DNA of 64,000 nucleotides, from NCBI GenBank assembly GCA_051362555.1, contig CM120645.1, forward strand, positions 5,146,001 through 5,210,000, written 5' to 3'. Within the stretch, counting starts at the first letter, position 1. Each line of letters starts with the position of its first letter. The stretch comes from Lingula anatina (Eukaryota > Animalia > Brachiopoda). Below are positions 14,501-26,424 of the stretch, one piece after another. Made by a program: the position numbers and the translations under genes. The notes under the pieces are model-generated. The model was not told where the DNA came from and did not search any database. It worked only from the letters and a program-made list of their open reading frames with translations.

Positions 14501-17465
14501 CAGTAAGTGACATGATTTCCCTTAAATGGTCATCATAGGAGCAGTGCCCAAAACAGGGGTTTCTTCAAATTTTGATGCAACATTACATAATGTTTAACAG
14601 CATAATGACAATCAAATGTTATTAATAAAATATTAGTAACATGGACATTCAGAAAATGTGACAAGCAAAAGTCTTCAAGATCATGGAACTTTAAAGTCAC
14701 ACCTTGAAAATGCCAATATGTGAAAAATTAAATTTTCACAAAAAACTGTTTAACTGCCAAAAAAAAAAATAATAAATAAATAAAAATACCAAACAGACTG
14801 CATTGCCTACTGAAGCTGTATTTTAGTCCCATGTTTCATTCCTGTAAGTTTGAGAACAGTAAGTGACATGATTTTCCTTAAATGGTCATCATGGAAGCAG
14901 TGCCCAAAATAGGAGTTTCTTCAAATTTTGATGCAATATTACATAATGTTTAACAGCTTAATGACCATCAATTTTTAATTATAAAATATTTGTTTCACAG
15001 ATATTCAGAAAATGTGACTAGCAAAGGTCTTCAGGCCCATGGAACTTCAAAGTCACGCCTTGAAAATGTCAAAATGTAAACAAGACAGCACTGTTCTGAA
15101 ATGGGTTTATTTCCATTTTTAACACTTTTTTAACATAAAACAAAATAAACATTTTACTGCCATTTTATATGACCAACTAAGAAAATTGATGAGATGGGAA
15201 AAGTATCAATAGAACAGTGTTAAATGTCCAATTTCCTCCATTCTGCGATTCTGAACATTGTGGATGATTGAATCTGACAAACTGCAATGATATGAGTTTA
15301 ATTCCATTTTTGACACTTTATTACACAATACATGATAACAAGTTTACCATGTTTTTTACATAATCAACTAACAATGTTGTAAAGATGCAGGAAATATCAA
15401 ACAAACACTTTTAGGCATCTTATTAGTTAAATAATGAGACTGTTAACATGCCTAATAATTGAATCTGAGGAAATGTGAAAAACAGTATAACTTCTAAAAT
15501 AATGGCCCGATTATGCTGATTTTCGAACTCAACCTGCGTTTTAGTAAGATTGACCACTCCTGTGAGTATAATTACAATTGGCCAAGCCGTTTTTCTTATA
15601 TTGTGTTATCAGTGTTGTATTTATATTGAAAATAGTGAAAAAACAGCATAAATTCCCTAAAAATGGCCCAATCATGCTGATTTTCGAACTTGACCTGCGT
15701 ATTATGAATATTCATCAGTTCTGCAAGTTTCAAGTCAAAAGGTAAAATGGTTTTCCACTTATCGTGTTATCGGTAAAAGTGCACGGCGACGACGGCGACG
15801 ACGGCGACGACAGCGACGACGGCGACGACAGACGCAGATGATGGCTATATGTACAGACACATCTGTGTCTGTACATAAAAATTAAGTCTCAAGACATTTG
15901 AATGCTCTGAGACCATAGTAAAGATCATACTACACTAAAATTTAATTATTATATTTAAAACTGTTACACAAGCAGAAAAAAATCTGTCAGGTGATGATTG
16001 CATTTTACCAAAATTCCAAGACATATACCTACTAGAAAATTAGGAAAGCTTTGAATACAAGCAATACAATACAATACAATAACTGTGGAAAAACTTCTTT
16101 TAAAGATTTATATTTCATATAAATAAAATATGTTGAATAAAATCACCCAAAAGAAGACTGAACTTTATACAAATTTTTGTTATGTTCTATCTTGAACCGA
16201 CACTTATGTAAAGCTCACTGCATAACTTTAAAATATTAATTACACACACGTACCCACCCCCTTCTTCAAAACATTCATTCTAACCCAAAAGGCTTGTTTA
16301 AAATCACAATGTACTCTATGGTTCAGTTATATATTGAGTGTGGAAAATGTACTATTCATAAGATTTTTCACCATCTAAAGCCCTTTCTGTCCTTGTGGTC
16401 CTGAACACTGCTTCCCATATTCTGAAAAGACAATATTTAAAGCCATTGAAATAATTGCAACTATTTGTAGCATATTCCTAGTACATGCGCCCGGAAAATA
16501 TTCCACAATCTTTTATAAACTTGTCAACTCATATTAATGTTTTTCAAACCATGATCCTGATGCCACTTATTTTCTTGAACTCAGTCCTGCAATTTAACAT
16601 AACCTGTATAACCTGTATGGTCTAATCATACTCTCTACAAGTTTAATATGGCTTAAAGTTAAACCAGCTTATTGGTAATGGTTCTGTACAAAAAGAAAAG
16701 ATAGTTCACGGTAACAGACTACAATCACATAAATTTCTTTTACAAAAAATAAAAAAATCCACAGATATCCAGCTATGTGCACCTTAATTGCAAGGTGAGA
16801 GGTAATTAAAAGAAAATTACACTATACCTAAAGGTGGAAAATTGCAGTGAAGGTACAAAATGAAATTCACTTTCACCTTTCAACTAATTTACAGTCTCTA
16901 GCACAATAGTGAATATCAGAAAGCATAAATTTATATGAGTGCTGGAGGCTTCTTGATTATTTGGACTATCTTTGAGTCCTACCTCTCTCTCCCAGACGGA
17001 TCTTGGTACTTGATTCTATTCAAAGAAATCCACTTGCCAGCACCTATTACCTGAGAATGAAATTAGATGTATACAACAGATGTATTATGTTCAGAAATAA
17101 TACAATCACAGGCAATCTTTTACCGAGATTGTTTATGTATGGTTGATAAAGATCTCCAGCCTTTTTTCATTGACTAAGTGGATACAAACATAAATAATAC
17201 CTTTCTGTGATAAGAGAGAGAGAGAGAGAGAAGGGGGCATTCTTCTTCTACTACTACCACGAAAACCATGCCTTATCATTTTTATTTACAGTTTTGAGAT
17301 ATCATTTCATAACTTAAAGCAAGACACAGCTGAGACCAATGGCAAAGTATATCTCAAACAGAGACACTCTACCTCCTGGTTTATAAACTTGGCCCTATCT
17401 GAATTTCCTTTGTGGCTAGTCGTCTCTCCGGCTGACTGGTCATTCCCACTGACCTTAGTGGACAT
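4051..17465 (-). CDS. NUDT5: ADP-sugar pyrophosphatase (Nudix hydrolase 5), 10 coding exons, ~237 aa
   Basis: Exons 17465-17373, 17050-16983, 16421-16372, 13905-13798, 6646-6551, 5964-5909, 5404-5359, 4991-4983, 4561-4508, 4184-4051. All are GT-AG and phase-compatible (714 nt). Nudix box [23 protein letters not shown], plus the NUDT5-type segments [18 protein letters not shown] and [12 protein letters not shown]. Confidence 0.95.
8658..9659 (+). CDS. Rhodopsin-family (class A) 7TM GPCR, FMRFamide-receptor-like/chemoreceptor-type, single-exon CDS nested antisense in NUDT5 intron 4
   Basis: 333-aa ATG ORF with N-terminal NAT/NST sequons and seven hydrophobic segments; TM2 LAxxD, TM3 ERY, TM7 NSSLNFFVY, helix 8 FRKEI and a C-terminal CCC. 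Lies between NUDT5 exons at 13798 and 6646. Confidence 0.9.
   Translation: MAELNATLANSTALLNIAPEYKYYLWIMNAIIFLCAVVGVTLNTLALAVFYKSIEYNKTSYLLFCLAINDNIFLVLRTVQLIIISVYLYYAEVRSTTLLTSISGLQVTLYFLMTLQTYIAALVSQERYCSVKKLYNVQSKVPLTRREKLFPLSVVIAGLLLFNVLKALDVDHLKIDKCTDAAFCPTLFLKQGPNWKIYSIVFRIVSEILLSVLLPVGMFMYYTVKTFKKLFFQYPMLPTNMYNAAKIAQRKKLHREMMKIVIVIAAFMMINTLLNFSMQIKFVFPTVGPSVSPIAILLVAVFTAVNSSLNFFVYGMFGSLFRKEIKSICCCKT
11736..11959. mobile_element. PIF/Harbinger (Tourist-like) MITE, 224 bp foldback
   Basis: TTA flanks at 11733-11735 and 11960-11962; termini GGCTTCGTTCACATGGAAAGTC / GACTTTCCATGTGAACGCAGCC; ~65-bp near-perfect inverted arms. Confidence 0.85.
13932..14231. mobile_element. Foldback MITE (~300 bp, ~120-bp diverged inverted arms) in NUDT5 intron 3
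   Basis: AGAGCCCATGCAGAAGAGAAGATCCAAGGATCTT... mirrored by ...AAGATCCTTGGATCTTCTATTCTGTATGGGCTCT; TSD ambiguous. Confidence 0.75.
14323..15881. mobile_element. Helentron-associated interspersed element (HINE/DINE-1-like) with internal tandem repeats
   Basis: Starts AACAAGGCAGCAAAGCTG with subterminal ATGTACAGACA; contains ~350-bp and ~160-bp repeat units and a (GACGACGGC)n microsatellite; ends in the hairpin ATGTACAGACAC-ATCT-GTGTCTGTACAT then an A-run. Second copy at 33572-36376. Confidence 0.8.
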
Positions 17466-17569
17466 TGTCAGTTTATTTGTAAAACTGAAACAAGGAGAAA
17501 GGCTTCGACCAAAGATTGAATAGCCACAACGGATGCCAAACCCCGAAAATAAGCTCATGCAATCTGCGA

Positions 17570-17830
17570 GTGGCCTGAGCTTGACGTCATGCACAAACGA
17601 GCTTACAAGTGCTGCAATATCTCCTTTGATCTTCTTCCCTGTCTTCTAGAATTAAGACGCTTCTTGTACCCATGTACTTCTACTAGTACTATGTTTATCA
17701 GAATCTCCACTCTTGAAGAACGGATGACTTGCGATGACCTCGCACTCATGTCGCATTTTCTCCGTCGCAACTAACGCAATGAAGATCTACATGCGCAACG
17801 TACATCGTGACTTTATTTTAGGAACAAATA
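17570..17830 (-). promoter_or_regulatory. Putative NUDT5 promoter / non-coding first exon
   Basis: CpG-enriched. Minus-strand donor GTAAGC at 17606-17601 would pair with the acceptor (17486-17485) 19 nt before the ATG. Palindromic CRE-like TGACGTCA at 17582-17589. Confidence 0.45.
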
Positions 17831-18337
17831 TTTTTTCGGTGTCAACTAAGTAAAATAGTAGATCCATGCCTTGGCAATCTCTAGATACGTTAATTTCAAT
17901 AAATTCCACCACAATTACATTTTGGTGGAATCCATGTAACTGATTTTTTTTTTTTGGCCAACTGCAATCGGACACATTACATTCATGCTCAAAATGTTGG
18001 TCGTTCCCGTTATCGCTATGTATTTTATCCATCACTGTAGATGAATATGGACGAATCCCGAAGACTTCTAAAACAGTCAACATGATATGAAATCAGATGC
18101 AACTGGGGAGGAAGGCACAGCGCCTGTAACAGAAAATCTGCGTTCATACGAGAGAACTATAGGTAGGCCTACCAATTACAGGAGGAATTTTTTTTTCTCA
18201 GAGTTAAAATGGCATAAGCCTCAAAATGGCATTCCATCCTTTTAACGGTCTTCTTCATTCCCTTTCGTTGCGCCACCGTATATTCTTCTCTCTTGCGGTG
18301 GATAATCTGGCAGGTTTGAAGTAAATGCAAAGTTATA

Positions 18338-18461
18338 TAGGGGCGGATCCGGAAATATTTTAAGGGGGGGGGGGGGGGGGTCCGGAACGACAGGCCTCTG
18401 ATGCAAAGCTGACTATCGCCCCCTTGGTGTTGGGTTCCGGACCTGCTGAAGGACCCCTAAT

Positions 18462-18522
<61 letters not shown>

Positions 18523-18683
18523 GGAGAGCATACGGCGCCCTTTTGTACGATTTAAAGTTATAATTTAGTCAGCCAAAATTCTAATTTCAAGAGGGGAATA
18601 GGCCCCCTATTGGTGCAATATAATTTTCAGAAACCGGAGGAGGGGGTCAGGACCCCCCCTGATCCCCCCTCTAACCGCCACTG
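18338..18683. mobile_element. MITE with (C/T)AG(G/T)GGCGG termini, ~6-bp TSD
   Basis: TAGGGGCGGATCC...CCGCCACTG with flanks GTTATA/GTTTTA; absent at the equivalent position of duplication copy 2 (~25490). Confidence 0.65.
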
Positions 18684-18803
18684 GTTTTATTCTAGTGTTA
18701 TCTTGACAAGCTTTACCCTAAAATATAGGTTTTTAATATACATCAACAACCAGACAAACCGTGTTTTTCTCAGTTCAACAGTTGTTCTTTATTTTATCTT
18801 TTT

Positions 18804-18987
18804 TCAGCCTCCTCGCCAATCTGCTGGCTTGTTATAAATAGGTCTTCGTAAAAACTTGCCTGAGTGCATGTACTTTTCAATGTCAGGGACCATGTATTCA
18901 GCTGTTTTTATAGCCGTCTAAACAGCCTGGTGAGAATACGCGATTGATGTCAAACAGATCATTAGCTATAAAGTCTAATAATGTTAT
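18804..18987 (-). pseudogene. Decayed remnant of GST-mu exons 7-8 in duplication copy 1
   Basis: Homologous to 26056-25946 and 25693-25604. Intron 7 and the adjacent exon ends are deleted, exon 7 is frameshifted to TGA, exons 2-6 are missing and there is no exon 1. Confidence 0.85.
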
Positions 18988-20708
18988 CTGAAAAAAAAAG
19001 AAATTAAAAATCTTTATCTGTAGAAAATGGATGGCCAACCTTTGGACTTATTTTCTGAGCTTACTATATGAATAATTTAAAGGTATCTTATTCGGTAGTT
19101 TTACGCCAAAATTAATTTTTCTCAAAAAAAAAAAAAATAAATAAAAAATAAAATAAAATAAAAAAGTAATTTTCTCCTACTCTCGATCTCTCTCTCCACT
19201 TTGATTCGATGTTTTGAACCTTAATACTCCAATCAAATAGTTCTAAACACATCTCATTTACAAATTTTATTAACAAAGCCCTCCTGTCAGATGGAAAAAT
19301 GAACTTCAGATACAATTGAGAGAGAGAGAGAGAGAAGGAGAGACAGATCTTCTCCAGCCATATCAGCGTCATCTCAGAACATTTTACACCCGCTTCATTT
19401 CATTGCAGGCCGTAGTTGCAAAAAAAAAAAAAAAGTAATGTGACAAGTAATGTGACTTGTAATACAATGGTTTCAGAGGTTGGTTTGTTTTTAATCTCAA
19501 CAGGATGACATAATTTCAGTCAATTAATGGCGTTACAAGATACAATCGAATCAAGACGGGAATTTTTAAATATGATATCTTAAATTTATGTAAATGACAC
19601 TTAAAACACAAAGGAGATCTAAATATTTGGTTTGATAGTAACACCAAAAATAAGGGGGGAAAGATATTAAAATAGTTCATTCGTCTATGAAGGCGGTAAA
19701 ATGGACCAAACGTCTAAAATTTTAGTCTAATAGCAACAGAAACAACCGTGCAAATCTATTATATGTGTATCGACAGTACGGACTGTAGCTCAACATGATA
19801 TGCCTCTCGTCCCCACCAAGATAAGACGATTGTGACTTTGGTCTCTCGAACAGGACTGCACATACGAAAACCTTTAAGACACAATCTGCTCACTGGCCTC
19901 AAAGAGAGCTGCAAGAGTACTATAGGTCAAAAAGAAAAGAAGATAGGATTTAATCAAGTAGGGTGATGGACAAATAGGAATGAGCTGTGCTGGCTCATCT
20001 TCATCTTATTTTTGTCGGTTTATATTGGATAATGAAGAGTAACCTGTAATCTATAATGGTTATAAACTTACCCTTATTTAGAGACAACCAACTTCCACTG
20101 AATTACTTAATAAAGGCATAGTTCATATTTAGTTTCCTCTGAAAATAATGTGTTGATTTACACATTTTGCAAACGTGTTATGAAAGCTCGAATGGCTATG
20201 TGGAAGAACGCATGCTGAATATATCACTCATTTTTGAATTTGAAATAAGTTATAATAAATAAAACATGGATCTGAAACAAAAATACACGAGAAAGCGACT
20301 TGATAAATTAATATTATTGTTATCACCTTGACGATGTTATGGGAATTTTATTGATTGTGATGGCTCACTGACAGAGAGAAAACGGGGTTACATGAATTAT
20401 GAGAAGTCCAAAATACATAAACACATATGTTACAATTGACATTAGGCACTGACAGGGCGGAAAGATGTTACAATAATATAGCGATGAATAAATGATAAGG
20501 TTCTATTCCATGCGACATGCACGTAGAAAACACACGGTTTCAGTTTTATATACATCAATGAGATACCTGATGCAAAACAGTTCGTATTAGCGGTCTTTTG
20601 ACTTACCACACCATCTGAACTTTTCTCCTAGGATTTTTCTGCTGTCACTCCATTCTTAGCAAATCAACAACAGGGTCAAGAACGGAGCTTTTTCTTGATT
20701 TGTCTGCC

Positions 20709-21733
20709 ATGAGCATGGTGGCCCTAAGACTGCTTATTATCGGAGTTACTGTAATATTTTTAGGTAAGTTTGGCAGAAACAAAATGCACATCCATTTTTA
20801 GTTGCAAATAATAATAATAATAATGATAATAATAATTGATATTGTTGATATCTTTCCACGGCAGGTACAACACTATGCAGAGGTTGCACGCAGAATTTAG
20901 CCAAAGGCAAACCCGCATACCAAAGTTCCAACTACCAAGATGTATACGGAAATTTGTTCCATGCCAGTCGTGCTGTGGATGGCAACTATGACGACTACGT
21001 GTTTCGTGGGAGTTGTTCCCACACCAAAGGTGGTCAGGGAGAATGGTGGCTGGTGGATTTAGAAACCACGGCGAGGGTGGTCGGTGTTATCATAACAAAC
21101 CGTCGCGACTGCTGCCGTAAGTATTGCTTTTATATTTTGTATTCATTATCAATTTATTTCCTCAAATAGTGACACTTTATCAATCGTGTGTTTGTGTACC
21201 TTTTGAGGTTTTTAATCACTGATCTGGTCTTTAAACTGCCCCAACATGTAGGCCTAAATGGCAAAATGTAAAGTCAAATTTAACAATTTGTCACTTTTTG
21301 TTTTCAGCTGACCGTCTGAATAATTTCGAAGTGAGAGTTGGAACCTCTTACGATAATAGTTCATCATTCACCCAGTACAAACTTTGCGCCAGTTATCCGG
21401 AGGTAGCACCTGTGGGGAACACGTCTCTGTCCTGTGAATCACCGCTGACAGGACGATATGTCTTGATCATTAAAGTTGGTAGTGACGACCAAGCATTGCA
21501 GCTTTGTGAAGTGGAGGTCCATGGTGAGTTTATGCGTTCATCAAAATCACAGGCGGGCCTCAAGTATTTCACGTTGTTTATTTGTTAATACATGTATATG
21601 TGTTTAAAGGCTGTACTATTAGCTAAAATCTATAAGACCGACAAATTTTATAATTGATTTAATGTCGACAGTCCCTTTGAAGCTATTAATGTTTTATTCA
21701 TTATTATTATTTTGTACAGGTAATACAAGTTAA
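20709..21733 (+). CDS. Secreted F-type lectin (fucolectin), copy 1, single F-type lectin domain, ~178 aa
   Basis: Exons 20709-20763 (signal peptide MSMVALRLLIIGVTVIFL), 20865-21116, 21308-21523, 21720-21733 (TAA). Motifs [40 protein letters not shown]; intact fucose motif H-x26-R-x-D-x4-R (RRDCCPDR). Confidence 0.9.
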
Positions 21734-21982
21734 AACACGTTCCAGCAGGTAGCAGCAGATGCTCGTGCAACCCTTGGTCCCCTGTCCACGCTGAATGTCC
21801 GCAGCCTCACTGAATGCAGTATCTCCTGTGCGGACCGCTTTAAGTGTGTGGCCATAAACATTTTCTGTGCTGGAAATAACCAATGTGTATGTGAACTTCT
21901 GTCCAGCACTGCCCAATCCAGAGACTTTTAGGCAGGCACTGGATACGAATATTATGAAGACAACTGCCTGGGTACAGTGTAA
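21734..21982 (+). pseudogene. Inactivated PAN/apple-domain coding sequence, now 3'UTR of lectin copy 1
   Basis: Colinear with 31940-32188; preceded by TAA at 21731-21733 (TCA in copy 2) and carries a second stop TAG at 21929-21931 (CAG in copy 2). Confidence 0.85.
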
Positions 21983-22068
21983 GCCGAGACTGTCTAATTG
22001 TTGTGAATAAATCACTTACAGAATACTCTAGGGAAGCATTCATGAGTTCGTTACATAAACACGTACTC

Positions 22069-22340
22069 CAGGGCCGTAGCCTGAGCAAAATGCCAGGGGG
22101 GGCAGTAAGGGGACACGAGGGGGCAAAGCACCCGAGGGGGTGGGGTGGGTGTGGAAAATTTTTTAAAAACTGTATGTATAATACTGCATTCTGGTGCATT
22201 TTAACTGTTATTTATTGCTCAATCAGAAGTCAAAAATTGTGGGTTCATTTTGCCATTTTGCCATATTTGCGCCTCAAATCCCAGGGGGGGGGGGGGGGGG
22301 GGCAGCTGCCCCCCCTGCCCCTCCGGAGGCTACGGCCCTG
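22069..22340. mobile_element. MITE, 14-bp perfect TIR, 5-bp TSD, downstream of lectin copy 1
   Basis: CAGGGCCGTAGCCT...AGGCTACGGCCCTG flanked by TACTC/TACTC; empty site in copy 2 (~32275). Confidence 0.85.
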
Positions 22341-24553
22341 TACTCTTCAAGTATTATCTACTAGTGTTGTTTAATTTATCGATATTTTGTGCACTTTTTA
22401 AACCGAATATGTAGTGTATCTAGTGGTATGTATTAGAATGGGCAAGTGCCGATCAAAGTTACTGGCCAAAACTAGTGAAAAGCCGACACAAAACGGATAG
22501 TTAAGTCAAACGTCCGGTAATCGCGTATAGATCTCCATTAAATAAACACGTGATAAAATGCAGACTACTTTTTGCCTCCCTGCATTCGTACACTTCCGAC
22601 TAACATTTCTTTATATGCATTTCTCGCACGTGCTATATTATTTTTTTCTCCTTCCGCAGTTGTTATGTTATTTCGATATGCATAACTGTATATGAATATC
22701 TATTTCACCATCATAGCTATATTGTGTTGATGTCATTGCTTCTCTTTATAAAGCCCAACATGTTTTCTAATATTATAAATTATTTATTCACAGGTTCATG
22801 TTTCTGTCAGTATAATGGTCATGTAATACCACATAAATGTTAAAATGTCGTAATGTGTCTGGTTTACAGAGAGACACAGAATTTGAAGATTTTCAGTTTC
22901 AACTAATTGTGGGGGATATTACTGTATGTTCGTAATTCTTCACTGAAACCAACATAACTTTGTCAATGTTCTTATGCGCAAGTAAATGGAATGCCAGTGT
23001 ATTGGTTATTTTGTTATGAAATGTTTCTTAAAATTACTTTTCCCAAATAATCATAGTTTAATACTTTTGTGATTCAATATTGGTTCATATATGGTATAAT
23101 GTTTACTTCATTTCACTCGTTTTATCACCTAGGTAGAAGGTAGAAATGGATAACCTCTAATATTTTCTATAAATTCAATATGTATTTGAAAATTATATCT
23201 AATTTCAATTTAATATCATTGATATCGATATTTATATAAAAAGTATCAAGTATCAATTATTTTCTATAAGTCGACCAGGATTTGTCAAATTATTTTTTAT
23301 ATTTTATCATGCATCTTCTTAGATATGGTATTTTTAGTAAGAAATATCATAAAGTGCGTTTTTTTAACTCTTTTGAGCCACCCTTAGTCTTTTCAATGTT
23401 CTATCATTTTAACCATTTTACCAAAAATTTCAAACCTAATTACTGTAATTAATTTAGAAAATTAACAGCTGTGGTATTATTAATCACTTTACTTCTAAAT
23501 TACTTCCCAATGTATCTTGATATTTTCCATCATTTTCTAAAAATTCAATGCAACTGGAAGAATGCCAAAAGTTTCATTTTATGTGAGATCTTTACTTGAA
23601 ATGAAATCAACATTAATCATATGGCCTATCAATACAATTTTTGCTTTTGGTTTAGTCATTAATTATCTAATACTGTTTATTGATTTACATGTATAATGCA
23701 AATGTTTTTGCTGGGCAATCTATTCTAAATTTCGATTTTTTCCTCTCAATGTTATCACGAGAAATACACAGTATGCTTATTAAGCTCAGTGTAATTATAA
23801 ATTCTTATTCACAATTGCTCATTGAATTACAACATTTGCTTACCTATAACTCAAGTGACAGTATAACAAATAGTGTATCTCTCGTTTGAAATAAGCAAAA
23901 TTAACTCTAGATCGACTTCTAGTAGCATTGGAGTTGTTTTATTAATAAAGTGGAAGCAGATGAACATCACCAAAGTCAAAGATCACTAACGGACATATTT
24001 TGATCATATTGCTGAAAAAAAGTTCTGTTGATACCAGAGCTTATACCTTACTATGTGCCATCACACAAAATGATGTGGTAGGGGGGTCCAAAACATAGAC
24101 TCCCCAAATCCCTGACCACACCCACTGGAAATACAGCAGACTCCCATTTTCATATATAGGTACGTGTAAGCAAGTATAGGTCATTGCCAGGTACATGAAA
24201 ATTGGTGATCTTTTCAGGCACGTTCATTCCTCTGGGATTCTGCATGCTCTATTACGGCTTAAACCAGCCTATTGGTAATGGCATTTTTATGTATAAACAA
24301 AAGATCACGTTCTCGTTTACATACTCCAATCACATTAATTTATTTTAAAAAAACAACAGATTTTCAGCAATGTGCACCTTGCGAGGTGAGAGGTAATTAA
24401 AGGAAAACTGCCTAAAGGCACAAAATAGAATTCACTTTCACCTTCGGTTTATTCGTATCATTCAGTCTCTAACACAACAGTGAATATCAGAAAGCTTAAA
24501 TTTTTATGAGTGCTGTAGGCTGTCTGAATATTTGTACTATCCTTGAGGCCTAC

Positions 24554-24735
24554 GTCTCCCTCCCAGACGGATCTTGGCACTTAATTCTATTGAAAGAAAT
24601 CCACTTGACCGCACCTATTACCTGATAATGAAATTAGATGTATACAATAGATGTATAGATGTTCAGAATTTTCTTCTAATATTGTGAATGCATGGTTGAT
24701 GAAGACCTCATACATTAAGGTCGCCTTTCTATTTA

Positions 24736-24799
<64 letters not shown>

Positions 24800-25003
24800 A
24801 AGAAGAGTGCACACTTCTCCTGCTACCACCACGAAAACCATGCCTCATAACTTCAAGCAAGAGCCAACTGAGACCAATTGACAAAAGTATCTCAGAGAGA
24901 GACACTCTACCTCCTGGTTTATAAACTTGGCCCTATCTGAATTTCCTTTGTGGCTATTCATCTCTCTGGTTGACTGGTCATTCCCATTGTCCTCACTGGA
25001 CAT
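24554..25003 (-). pseudogene. NUDT5: Partial duplicate of NUDT5 coding exons 1-2
   Basis: Exons 25003-24911 (MSSEDNGNDQ...KFINQE) and 24621-24554 (VIGAVKWISFNRIKCQDPSGRE) keep their splice sites and frame but carry several replacements; ~170 bp of the upstream region (equivalent of 17570-17741) is deleted. Confidence 0.8.
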
Positions 25004-25603
25004 TGTTAGTTTATTTTTAAAGCTGGAACAAGGAGAAAGGCTTCGACCAAAGATTGAATAGCCACAACGGATGCCAAACCCCGAAAATAAGCTCATGCAA
25101 TCTGCGAGCACTCACATCACATTTACTCCGTCACAACTAACGCAATGAAGGGTCTACCTGCGCAACGTTCTTCGAGACTTTATTTTAGAAACAAACAAAA
25201 GCTTTCGATATTAACTGAATGTAACCGTATGCCTGAGCAATATCTGGACATAATAATTTCAATAAATTTCACTATAATTACATTTTGGTTTGTTGAATCC
25301 AAATAATTTTTTGCCAACTGCAGCCTAATTACCAAAGCATTCATGGATGTCGTCCCCGTTTTCGCAATGCATTTTGTCGCAATGGCATTCCATTCTTTTA
25401 ACGGTCTTCTTCATTCCCTTTCGTTGCACCTCCGTGTATTCTTTTCTCTTGCGGTGGATAATCTGGCAGGTTTGAAGTAAATGCAACGTATTATTCTAGT
25501 GTAATCTTGACAAACTTTACCCTGAGATAAAAGTTTTTACATGGATCAACAACCAGACAAACCGCGTTTTTTTTTTCTCAGTTGTTCTTTATTTGATATT
25601 TTT

Positions 25604-26385
25604 TCAGTCCCCTCGCCAATCTGCTGGCTTGTTATAAATAGGTCTTCGTAAAAACTTGCCTGAGTGCATGTACTTTTCAATGGCAGGGAGTTCCTTAAAA
25701 TAAAAAAGAAAGCAAACATGTTGTATTTCTGCAATATAACAATGCAATGATAAAGGAATCTTATAGAATACCATGAAGATTTAAAGCAATTCAATCTTTA
25801 CTATAGCAATAAATATATTTTCTTCATTTCTTTGGAAAAATTAAGAAACTATACAGATGCGGGTAAGTCTCACATGTCAGTTTAAAGGGTTTCAATAAAA
25901 AATAAATAAAATTAAAACATGCACATGTATGTACTAATATCACACCTCAAATTTTTCCATGTAATCGGCTATGTTTTTATAGCCGTCTAAACAGCCTGGT
26001 GAGAATACGCGATGGATGTCAAACAGATCATAAGCTATAAAGTCAACAAATGTTATCTGAAAAAAGAAATAAATAATATTTATCTAGAGAAAATGGATCG
26101 GCGACCTTTGGATGTATATGAAACGCACTGAAACCTTCGGGGTTACTTATTTGTTTTAACACATGGAACAGTTCTAGAGCTGGAAGCAAATCAATATTTA
26201 CAACAATTACTAAATAGCATTTATCCATGCTATCATATTTCAAAATAGTATCTTTTTTGTTTATTTGGCCGTGTTGTGTCCCTTGGCAGAGCTATGTTTT
26301 GTATTGCTTGCACGGACTGCATGTAGTGTGTGGATATAGCTGTTATAAATTGTTTTGTATCGACTCTCTGTCTCTCTCTCCCTCT

Positions 26386-26424
<39 letters not shown>

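Larger units (their letters stand above)
16650..24080. repeat. Tandem segmental duplication, copy 1 (boundaries approximate)
   Basis: Colinear homology with 24250-37530 from AAACCAGCYTATTGGTAATG (16661/24261) to GGACATATTTTGATCATATT (23991/~37379), broken by copy-specific insertions and deletions. Confidence 0.9.
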
